A DNA stretch of 64,000 bases, taken from NCBI RefSeq assembly GCF_009834535.1, contig NC_045697.1, positions 76,634,001 through 76,698,000 on the forward strand, read 5' to 3'. Positions within the stretch are counted from its first letter, which is position 1. Each line of letters starts with the position of its first letter. Both the position numbers and the translations under genes were made by a program. Source of the stretch: Camelus ferus (lineage: Eukaryota). Positions 53,808-64,000 of this stretch are shown here, in pieces. The notes under the pieces were generated by a model. It had not been told where the DNA came from and made no database searches. It saw nothing but the letters and a program-made list of their open reading frames with translations.

Positions 53808-56042
53808 CTAAGGAGGGAAAAAAGCAATATGTGTAAAATATATTGGTGACATTAAGCAGAAAATATGTTTCATTATTTTTTCTTCCATAGGCACTATATA
53901 TCAAAATCTGTTGTACATGTCCTGTAGAGCTAATGGACTGTTACTTGACCAGCTGCCTGATATCAAAGGGTCAAAATAAATTTTATTACAATGAATGCAA
54001 CTGAACAGTTTTAAAGTACTCCACAATATTAACAGAAAGCAATTTCTCTGACTTCTGATAGCTTTTTTGGCACTTAGAGCCTCCTTAACTCTATCCCTTT
54101 TCTCCTCTGCTCAGAGCTTCACTTGTAACAAAGACTTTCTCCTGACTCTCTCCTTATGCCACCATCTCTGTCTCCTTCCTCCCGCCATTCCTGCCTCCTG
54201 GACTCCTGTCCACTCCCTTCCCATAACTCTGTATAAATCCTAATCTGTCTCCTAGTCCATCTCAAATCTCCAGGCCCTCAAAGTCATGACACAGCCCTCA
54301 AAACTGGTGCATGAATATTGATTTATCTGGCCTATATGTTTTGCATTTGTGAAATAAATGTTTTCCATTTTATTAGAAAACCTAAAACAATCATAGTAAG
54401 ATAAATTGAGGAGTTTATACTTCCTTTGTTATCTTTGAGAGTTTCTCTGTCTATTCCCTTCACTGAGCTCTCTTTTCTACATAAAGCAGTGCATTAAAAA
54501 AAAAAAAAAGTCATTGTTTGTTAGCCATGTTTGCTTCCTTAAATTCTGAATTCTCGAAGTCTTACAGCATGTTCCAGTGGAAAAATCATGAACTTTGGAG
54601 CCAGAGAGACAGAGCCCAGCTCCAGTACCTGCTGGGCAAATGAAATTCTTTTCCCATAAAATTTCTCACTTGTGTAATGTAAGGGCAAGAATATATTATG
54701 GGGTTTTAAGAAATAAACAATTCTTGTGTCTAAAGCAACTAGAGAAGTTATCTGACACATCTGAAGCTGTTAATGATAGCCATTAGCAATACAAAGCATC
54801 ATTGTTCATACATTCCATAAGCTGGGATACCCTTCTGTCTAGCTTCATAAGAGCTCACTTTTCTATCATTTAAAAATTTCCATAAAATCACAGAGACACT
54901 ATTGGTATTAGTTTCCCTGGGAGAGGGAGGGATGAAGAGGGAGGGAGATTTTAACTTTTTCTCTTCATTTTCTTTTCTCATTTCAAATAAGCATGAAGCT
55001 AAGATGCTCAGGCATTCTTTTATGGTGACAGGTCCACCACCATGGCCGGGGAGCCTGAGCCACTGTATCTGATGAGTGCCTGGAATGGGGCTGGCATTGT
55101 TCCTTTTCCCTCCTTAATTTCTACACAAAAGAGCCATCTGATGACTAATGAATTTCAAATTAATTACCATGAATTGGCTGGATGCCAAATAAATGTACTG
55201 ATCACCAGTTGTGAGGGGTCTTTGAAGGCAGCCCATTAGCACACTTTAAAAAATTGCTTGGAAATCTCTTTATTAGAAAACAAAACAAACAAGACAAACA
55301 TTCTTATTAGGAAAACTGGCTCAGAGTGGTCCTGAGGTGAAAGGTTTGACTGAGCTGCCCCTCTGTTTTGCTCTCCTTCCCTTTAAATGAATGTCTTTCT
55401 AGTTTTGCGTTACAAAATACAAAAATACATTTACATTCACGAAGTTTGCTGGATCTGTAGATGTACTTCTTTGGGGATTAGTGGTGATGAATACTGATTT
55501 GTCAGAAAGATCGTATCACTTATGAAGAGCATTATGTGATATCCTGGTAGTTTCCTACACAGACAGCACCCTTCTCAAACACTGTGAAAGGAAACAGCAT
55601 GAGACCGTCCCCCAAAGTAGTAAGAAAGAATGTCCATCTAAGAGAAATTGAACATATGCACTCTACTTCTCCTGCTGTTTCTCTTTCTGATTTTTATGGG
55701 AATTCTTTGTGGGGCAACTATCAGTATATTTGCTGCAGGTAAACATCTGTATCTCTTTAACCCAGTGACCTAAGAAGCACTAGAGAAAGACATGGATGCT
55801 TAGAAAAGTTTTGGAATGGCACTAGCAAATAGGTAGAATAGAACTTTTGCAGGCCTAGGGATTTTTGAAAGCCACTTAAAAGCCTGACATAGAATGTTTA
55901 AATTTGCTCCCTTCCCCTCCGTTCATTTAAATCTTTTTACCCAAACTTCTGTACTCACATACGAATTATACTATTTTCTCCTTCCACTAATTAACAATTT
56001 GAAAAAAACAGTGGTCATTATATTTATCTATATCTATATATA

Positions 56043-56330
56043 TAGGCATACCTTGTTTTATTGTTTTGCCGTATTGCACTTTGAAGACACTGTGCTTTTT
56101 ACAAATTGAAGGTTTGTGGCCACTTTGCGTTGCATTATTTTTTGAATTAAGGTAAGCACATTGGTTTTTTAGACATAATGCTATTGAACACTTAACAGAC
56201 TACAGCATAGGGTAAACACAACTTTTATAGGCACTGGGAAACCAAAAAATCATGTGACTTGCTTTATTGCATTATTTGCTTTATTGCAGTGGTCTGGAAC
56301 CCAACCTGTAATGTCTCCAAGGTACTCCTG
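56043..56330 (+). mobile_element. Short Tigger1 deletion derivative
   Basis: Tigger1 5' end (AGGCATACCTTGTTTTATTG...TTTACAAATTGAAGGTTTGTGGC) joined directly to 3' end; TA flanks; antiparallel homologue of 16902-17548. Confidence 0.8.
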
Positions 56331-56422
56331 TATACCTCTATCTAAGCGTCCATACTTGAATAAAGTTCACTTTGATACCTCTTTGGGGGAAAATAGATAA
56401 AAATACGCAGACTCACTCTCAC

Positions 56423-56449
56423 CTTTTCTCCTAGTTCTCCAGGTTCTCC
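56423..56449 (-). CDS. COL25A1: COL25A1 exon, 27 nt, GEPGELGEK
   Basis: Gly-X-Y; acceptor cttttgcccag, donor gtgaga; phase 0; expected order. Confidence 0.92.
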
Positions 56450-58414
56450 CTGGGCAAAAGAACAAAGATTGGATGATATATTAAATTATAAAACGCCTAA
56501 TTAAGCAACACCAAACAAAATGAGATATTGAACATACTAGATAAATTATAAGTGACACTTTCTATTTTGGGAATGTATAGTGGCTATATAAAAGCAAATG
56601 GTAAGATGAGCTTCCTGGAGAATTGAGTATGGATATCCATAGCAAATGTAACCTTTATTCTTTGCTTTTGAGGCTAAAGAAAAATATTTAAGATTATCAG
56701 GCAACATTTGGCTTTGGGACCTACGGAGAACAATGTTGTGGCTATTCAACGTCTCGAGAGGCTTCTGAGATGACTTTTTATTCTGCCCAAAATCAGACTC
56801 AATAAGGTGAACAAGCACATCCTTCCACAAAATCTTATTCAAAGCAATCCCTGGTGCATGGATTATTTCAGGGGTCCAGAGTACCCGTGTAGTTCGCCTA
56901 CCTGTCTTCCTCTGACATGACCATAAACGCTAAAGCCTGAGCTTGGGCCCCTTCCCAATGTTGCAAACTGTCTTCAACCTGTTGTTAACCAGCATGTACA
57001 AATCAGGGGTCCTTTATTAGACACTGATTCTTTCAGAAAAGATAACAGAATGGGGCAGAATCTAAGAGAGTTTAGGAGAAATGTCTTTACTCAAAATGAT
57101 GACCATGACAGTATGAGGACTAAAATGCAAAATTGTGTTCTGGAAAGGATCTCATTTTCACTTTACCCGTGAAGGGACAGGGGACGGAGTCAGAGAGTTC
57201 TAAAGCAAATCACACACATTGTAATAATAATTCTCTCAAGGACAGGTTAAGAAAGCATTGTAATAAGATCAGATTGCTTTAAGAATTATTTTTAAGGTGG
57301 TTACTGTGTTTTTTAAAATTATAATCCACTCTAAAAGTCAGTTTGAAGGCAACACTCTTTTCACTCCCTGAAAGTCGGCCTGACCCTTTGGCTTTCTGAA
57401 TTTCTGGTTACCTTGCACTGCTCAACATCCGTCCTGATGGTCGCTAGGCAACAGAAGAATAGTACTGAGAACATGCATTAAGCATTAACGCCTATCATTT
57501 GGCTTTTTAGCGTGGAGCTAGAGAGGGAAGAAGACAGGAAAATGGCTGTAGTCCCAGAAGGAGTATTTTCTTTCCTCTCCTGAAGGACAAAGGACAGGTC
57601 TATAAATTTTAAGTCTGTCCTAGGTGCTTGTCAATAGCAATGTGATCTGAAAAATCAGCTGACAGGCATCTGTGGGTATGGATACACACCAGCACAGCTG
57701 ATGGGATTAGACGTTAGTTTTGTACTTCAAGGGATGGTCACTCATCAAAGGATTTCGGATTTGTCTGCCTGTTTGGTTTAAACTAAACTGTCACCAATCT
57801 TTTTATATTTAACAGATTCATTTGTTCTTTCAGAAACAAAGAAAACTTGGAATCCAAAAAAAAAAAAAAACCCACAAATCCTCATTACATTTTTTCCCTG
57901 CTTAGTAATTCAGGCTACATCCATTTTTAAATTTCAAACATGCCACATCTTTATTATGCTTTTCATTTGATTAACTGGTTATGTTGTGTCAGTCCTGGAG
58001 GTGGCCAAATCTTGAGGAAAAGTCACAGAGGCACTGTGAACATCTTCTTCAGTATGTCTTATAAAAATCATGCAAATTTTGGCAGTATGGACATGGCCTA
58101 CGTTTTAATATGCTCATTAGGTGGTAAAATGATAACAGTCATACTTTAAACACAGGCTTTCTCATATATTTAAGTATACCAGAAATAAAATTTTGGAGAA
58201 TCATATCCCATTTGTTTCTCTACAATCTTAATGCTAATGAGAATTACAAACATAATTTATTCTTTAGTCACAAAGTTTTACACTACAGAATACTACATTA
58301 TTGACAAAGATTCCATTCAAGTAAAACCAGTGGGATATGAAAAAGTTGTAATAGCTTACAGCATCATGAAAACTCATGTCTCAAATGATTCTGCTTGGTT
58401 TTCTTGGTACTAAC

Positions 58415-58468
58415 CTTTGGCCCTGGTATTCCATTCTGTCCAACTGCTCCAGGCAACCCGGGCTCACC
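58415..58468 (-). CDS. COL25A1: Collagen XXV alpha-1 coding exon, 54 nt, GEPGLPGAVGQNGIPGPK
   Basis: Perfect Gly-X-Y frame; acceptor tttcaatttgag and donor gttagt; peptide matches recalled COL25A1 COL2 domain. Confidence 0.93.
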
Positions 58469-59217
58469 CTCAAATTGAAAAATAGATACTACTAAATAAA
58501 ATGGACAAAATCAACACATTATATAGATCATCAGAGGATATAACCATCCAATAATGCTCTGGCTGCACACAGAATATAAGTGGTTACGTTACACAAGTTA
58601 GCTTGTTTGGTCCAAAATTTCATGTGCTGGGACCAAGGGTACAGCAGGGTTAATTTCCTGTATTCAGTCTTCTCTCACTAAGAAAGGGAAAGCAAATTAC
58701 CAATGGAAATTAATAGCTAGCATGGTGCTAGGGACATCAAATAAGTATTTGTTGACTTAGTAAAAGATTGAATAAAACTAATTTGGAAATTTAAGACTTT
58801 CTTGATGGAGAACTTTTAAATGATTCATCAGCTTAGGAAAATAGAGACTAAATCATTATATTTATTAGACTTCACCAGATGAGCATCTCCAAATCTAAAT
58901 CTTGAAGAATATACACATCTCTGAACATGTATTTAATTCATTTAGACACATTTGACACAAATGTGAAAAACGGCTTTGATTTCTCTTTCCAGTTTCACTG
59001 TAAAGACAATTAAAATAAACCTCCAGATTCGTGGTTTCCATTGTCATAGAGTGACAGGCATTTGGGGAAAATACGATGGCTATTAGCTAGAAAAATTTCC
59101 TATTTCAGAAAGATGGTGATGTGCATCAGTCTTTCTAGACTCTGAACCTGCAGTTGTCTTCCAAAGAGGGAAAGTCCCCTGAAGTGCTCAGAAGTAAAGG
59201 AAAGGTAGTCTTCACCC

Positions 59218-59450
59218 TGACTGAAGTTAACAGTACTGTATGGTATATTTGAAAGATGCTAAGAGAGTGGATCTTAAAAGTTCTCATCACAAGGCAGAAA
59301 TTTGTAACTATGTGAGATTTTGGATATTAACTAAGCTTACTGTGGTAATCATTTCATAACATATACATATGTCAAACCATTATTTTGAACACCTAAAACT
59401 AATTCAGTGTTATATGTCAATTGTAGCTCTGTACAACTAGGAGAAAAAAG
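59218..59450 (+). mobile_element. L1MA-type 3' end fragment
   Basis: GCTAAGAGAGTGGATCTTAAAAGTTCTCATCACAAG...TGTGGTAATCATTTC...TTATATGTCAATT. Confidence 0.75.
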
Positions 59451-59613
59451 AAAGACACTGTGGCTTTTAACAGTTTCATTTGGCTAAACTTACAGCAACT
59501 AGAATTTCATTTTCATTCAAAAATATTCCCAAAGCCATTTATTATGCACTTCAACTCCTAGACAAGTTTCTTTCCACTGACAGTTAAAAAGTTGCTCCTT
59601 TGTTGACTTTTAA

Positions 59614-59661
59614 AAATTAGACTTTATTTTTTAGAGCAGTTTTAGGTTCACAGCAAACTTA
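59614..59661 (-). mobile_element. About 48-nt old L1 3' fragment with TSD
   Basis: TTTATTTTTTAGAGCAGTTTTAGGTTCACAGCAAA; TSD GTTGACTTTTAA at 59602-59613 and 59662-59673. Confidence 0.7.
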
Positions 59662-59764
59662 GTTGACTTTTAAGAATGCTTTCTAAGTTGCCTGGAGGGC
59701 AAGAGTTGTGACATTTTAATATTTGTGCTCTTACCTTCAAAAACATATACATTAGTAAAACAGT

Positions 59765-59940
59765 AACATTTCTTAAGTGCCAGGAACTTTACGTTCACTA
59801 ACTCAATTCTCACAAATTTCTCTGAGGCAAGTACTATCTTTATCTCTATTTAATAGATGAAGAAACTAAGGCACAGAGAGGTAAAGTAATTTTTCCAGAT
59901 TTATACAACTCTGACTTAAGAGCATTGTGCTTTTAACACA
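59765..59940 (-). mobile_element. MIR SINE
   Basis: TAGATGAAGAAACTAAGGCACAGAGAGGTAAAGTAATTT core. Confidence 0.65.
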
Positions 59941-62595
59941 ATGATGCACTGCTGGATGAATGAATGCATGTAGAAATTGGGAGTCAATGTTGAATATTTC
60001 TATCCTCATTGTCATTTGGTTTATACTCCTCATTTATAATGACCTTTCAGAATGTACAGAAACCTGAATTAAACGTAACTTACATAAAGATGATTTTTGT
60101 ACACCTATCAGATAAACTAAGCAATGTGAAGCTTGCAGTGTCTTTCTAGAAAAGCAAAAAATATTTTACTATTATACTAGATTATTGTAATTGCTGAAGT
60201 CTTAACTCATGGAAGAAACTCTGCTTCATATATAAAGTTTAAAAAGTTACACTGTAATCATAACTCTTGCACGCTCCTTGGTAAAATGGCAAATATATTG
60301 ACTTGGAGTAACGATGGCCATTATAAGAAAATTTTTGATGTATCATTTGTACAAAACCAAGGGTCAGAACTCCATTGGAAATTGAATACACCCTGAAAGA
60401 CGACTATCATCTACTAAGCGGCCAGAAAAAGAGCTTTCTTCAAAGAACTTGCAACAGGATGCACTAATATCATAACTCATGGTTTAATGCAAACAAGAGA
60501 TGCTGCCAGGGAACAATACACACTTTGTTTAGACTTTCAAAGAATAGCTATGGTAGCCAGAGTTATTTAAAAAAAATAGTTAAGCCCCTGGAACGAGACG
60601 AAATACATGCTGAGATTTTGAAGCAAGGAAGACAAACGTTGCTTAGGTATCTGCATAACATCCTTCTTAAAATATGAACATCGAGGGACTAAAACTTGAT
60701 CCTTTTTTCCCTTTGATTTCATATTTTGTTAAAATAATCTTTCAACATAAAAGGAAACAAAAAATTGCATCCATAATCCCATCACTCTATAATAACTGTT
60801 TTCATTTTGTCCTATTTCCTTCTAGTCTTTTAAATTTATGCTTACATATTTCAAGCAATTGTAAGCTTATTACATAGTTTGACATGCTGATTTTTTATTA
60901 TTTTATACCACACATTTGTTTTTAGACAGTATTTGTCATTGTCTTGTGAATAGGTTATCAGCTATCAAAATCAGGCATGAACATTTTATAGTTAATCTGT
61001 CCCAAATCACTGAATACTTAGGCTGTTTCTAATTTTTGCTACTAAAGATAAACTAAAATAAACACCTCTGTAAATATTTCTAAATTGCTTTCCAAAGGGG
61101 ATCTGAATTTTATCTGCTTTTCTAGACGCTTACTCTGTTACTTTTTCACAACTTCGTCAGCATTGTATATCACAGTTTTAATTACTTTTGGGGCTACTTT
61201 AATAAGCACAAATGAGAATTTACTGGTGCTCAGTTTTACATTTATCCCTTGGAAGGTTAATAGGTAACTAGCAAGATTTTAAAGCTAAGAAGTGAGTAAG
61301 GCTGTTTCCTGAGTGAGCCCAGGGAAGATGAAAAGAAGGAAAAATGACTCAAAGCATTTTACCTTTTCAATAAATTATGTCAAGAAAAATACATTCAAAT
61401 TCAGATTAGGAGGTTGTGGAACATTCTGTGATTGTTCAAATGTAGTTTCCCAGGTTGTATTAAAAGAATGTTAAATAAGAAATGCTATACAACTCTGAGT
61501 ACTAAGGCCAAGCAGTGGGATTCTGGAAGACGTTAATTTATTCAACTAACATTTAGTGAAAATTTATTATATGTTTTACTTTGGGCTGAGTGTTTCATGG
61601 GACATAAAGATGAAATAGACATGATAGGTGCCTGTGCTCAGAGAGCTTATTTTTGATTGCAAAAAAAAAAAAAGATATCTGCATAAATAACTTAGGAGAC
61701 ATCTAAATGGGATGGAACTTTTTACTTTGAGCAGTTTTCTTGCACTTTATAAAGAGGCCCAATAAACAGAAATCAAAGGGAAGTCTCAGTGAAGAATGAA
61801 GCATTTGTCATGGAGGCATGAATATTTTCTGGTGTAAGAGGACAAAATATTATCATGATGCCTCTTCAAATAAAGTTACAATGATATAGTACCACACAAT
61901 TTAGTAAAAATGTACACCTACAGAAAGATATATCAGAAAAGTACAGAAAAAATGAGAATTAGATTGTGTGTGTGTGGAGAGCTAGTCTCATGTTAATTGG
62001 ATAATCTGTTCATCTATTTCTGAATACATCTCATATTCACAAGTACCAAGGACATTCCAAAGATAGGAATAAAGAAAAATAGCAGCTAACCTTTTAACTA
62101 CAGATAGATTGACGGGGTTTTCTGTACTATGCTTTAAATTCTAAGGCTATTCCTAGTGTATTAGTAACAAATGACAAGTTTTGCATTTAAGCTAAAAATA
62201 ATTTGGACGGACTTTTAAGAATGATGCTACTGCTTTCTTTCTTTTTTTAGATCAGACATTCTTTAGAACTCTAATGTAAAACATCACTCAGGGCTCTTAC
62301 AATTATTTCAGGTACTGCTATTCATGTGCAGCTTGAAAGAACACTTAAAGATAGAAAGGAATGTAGTTTTTTCACGAAATTGAGTGTTAAAGAGAAATGT
62401 CTTTAACAGTAATATTGCTCACTGTTACTTCAATCACAATTGCTTTCCATTCTGGTGATGGGAATTTAAAATGGTTTATAGCTTTAAATGTTTAGCATAG
62501 TATAATGTTATATTCACCTTGCCGATACAGATTTGTTTCTCTTAAGCACTGCATTTTCAGAAAGCACTCCTCTAAACAGAAGACGAAAATAACTA

Positions 62596-63088
62596 CAATT
62601 GTCCCCACTTATCCTCAGTTTTTGCTTTCCTTAATTTCAGCTATCCGTGGTCAACCAAGGTCTGAAAATATTAAACAGAAAATTCCAGAAACAAAGTATT
62701 CAGAAGTTTTAAACTGTGCACAGTTTTGAGTAGCATGATGAAAACCAGTGCCACCCTGCTCCCTCCTACGCAGGACGTGATTCATCCGCCCTTTGTCCAG
62801 CATATCCTGCACGTTAGTCACTTAGTAGCCACAGCTAGGTTATCAGATGGACTGTCACAGTATCACAGTGCTTGTGTTCAAGTAATTCCTATTTCAGTTA
62901 ATAATGGCCCTGAATGCTGGCAATTTGGATGTTCTCTAACTGTACCTGGTTTCTCAATTAAACTTTGTCATAGGTATGTACGTATAGGGAAAAAACATAG
63001 TATGTATAGGGTTTAGTACTGTCCTTGGTTTCAGGCATCCACTGGGGGTCTTTGAACATATTCCTGGTGGACAAGGCACGGACTGCTC
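62596..63088. mobile_element. MER44/Tigger7-family DNA transposon
   Basis: GTCCCCACTTATCC...GGTCTGAAAATATTAAA...CAGGCATCCACTGGGGGTCTT; TA flanks. Confidence 0.78.
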
Positions 63089-64000
63089 TATAAGGAACAT
63101 ATACCAGCTGCAGACGGAAGGAGTGATACTGAGCATAATATGGTATCAGTCTTAAGGTTGTTCTCATACCTCTGGAGTGAGTGGGGTTGGTGTGTATGTA
63201 TAATAAAATAGACTGAAGATGGTCGCTGATAACTCTGTAAAACACTGGGTGGACTGGGCCTTTCTTCCGACAGCGACAGTGAGCAGAAGGATTGCAGTGG
63301 CTCGAGTGGTGAGCAGGACCGGCTGTTAGTCCCTCCTCTTTTGCAGGCAGGCATGGTGGGGAGTGGGGCGACCCTCTGTAAGGTGTCAGGGCCTCAGAGG
63401 CTTTGGCAGCTACTGGGTAAACAACCCTTGGTAGAGGAGGGGTCTCTGAAGGCAGTGAGGCACCCACAGGGGCTTTCAGATATAACTATTTGGGAAGAAT
63501 CACGAAAATGGGGTTTCTGTTCTCCGTTCGTACTTATTCTCTCTCTCTACTTAAGTTGAGTTTAGGCTTTCACTCTAGCTCCATAACGGCAAGTGTGTAT
63601 GAACATAAACTTGGGTGAAGGCAGGAGGCAGAAAATGACCAACATATTTTACCTTGAAATTTCTAGAAACGTAGCATTTTACCACACAAAAATGTAAACT
63701 AAGAATCCTAGCCCCAAACTTAGTGTCATCAATGCCCTGGATAATCCCTTTGTCTTTTTGTGCTCCTGCACACTTCCATGAGCTCCCAGGAATACACACC
63801 CGTAGTTTAAGAAATTTGACTTAAGAGAGATCCAGATTATTCCATTAATACTACGATTTAGCTCCACCATCTTTTTAAGTTTGTGTGAGTTGGCCCGCTG
63901 AACTAATTCATCCTTAGAACAGTTTTGTCTGTATGTGTTGTCTATATACAGACGTGACATCTAAAACACAACCCACCGGTATTTTGGAGATTGCCAATCA

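Noticed and set aside
1504..58468. Whole gene as a pseudogene, or as paralogue COL13A1/COL23A1
   Set aside because: Only one lesion across 19 exons with intact splice sites; NC3 (EIIDYNGNLHEALQRITTLTVT) and GSSAAGIK match collagen XXV as recalled
62958..63467. Longest ORF in the track (169 aa)
   Set aside because: No recognisable domain or Gly-X-Y pattern; partly overlaps a MER44-like transposon; intronic chance ORF
1..64000. CRISPR array, operon, CpG-island promoter, nested gene or other novel multi-gene system
   Set aside because: No repeat-spacer arrays, long ORFs or CpG-dense segments seen; composition and repeats are those of mammalian introns

Overview
Mammalian, AT-rich genomic DNA, very probably camelid: it carries three tRNA-Ala-derived vic-1-like SINEs with target-site duplications. 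The window lies within a minus-strand collagen gene that I recognise as COL25A1 (collagen XXV/CLAC-P). I resolved 19 internal phase-0 coding exons (24-81 nt, 958 nt in total) from 58468 down to 1504. They encode most of the COL2 triple-helical domain, the NC3 segment (ATEIIDYNGNLHEALQRITTLTVT) and part of COL3; start and stop codons are outside the window. The main anomaly is the NC3 exon (20989-21067), which is 79 nt rather than 78: one extra base at 21010/21011 frameshifts the gene to a premature TGA at 8610-8612. This is either an assembly error or a loss-of-function allele. The same exon uses a GC donor followed by (CA)13, and the next 24-nt microexon is followed by RBFOX motifs. Introns hold ordinary mammalian repeats (Tigger, MER, Charlie, MaLR/ERVL LTRs, L1, L2, MIR), two of them nested. 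Almost all ORFs in the supplied track are spurious. I found no evidence of a novel multi-gene system. Orthologue and repeat-family comparisons are from memory, not from database searches.
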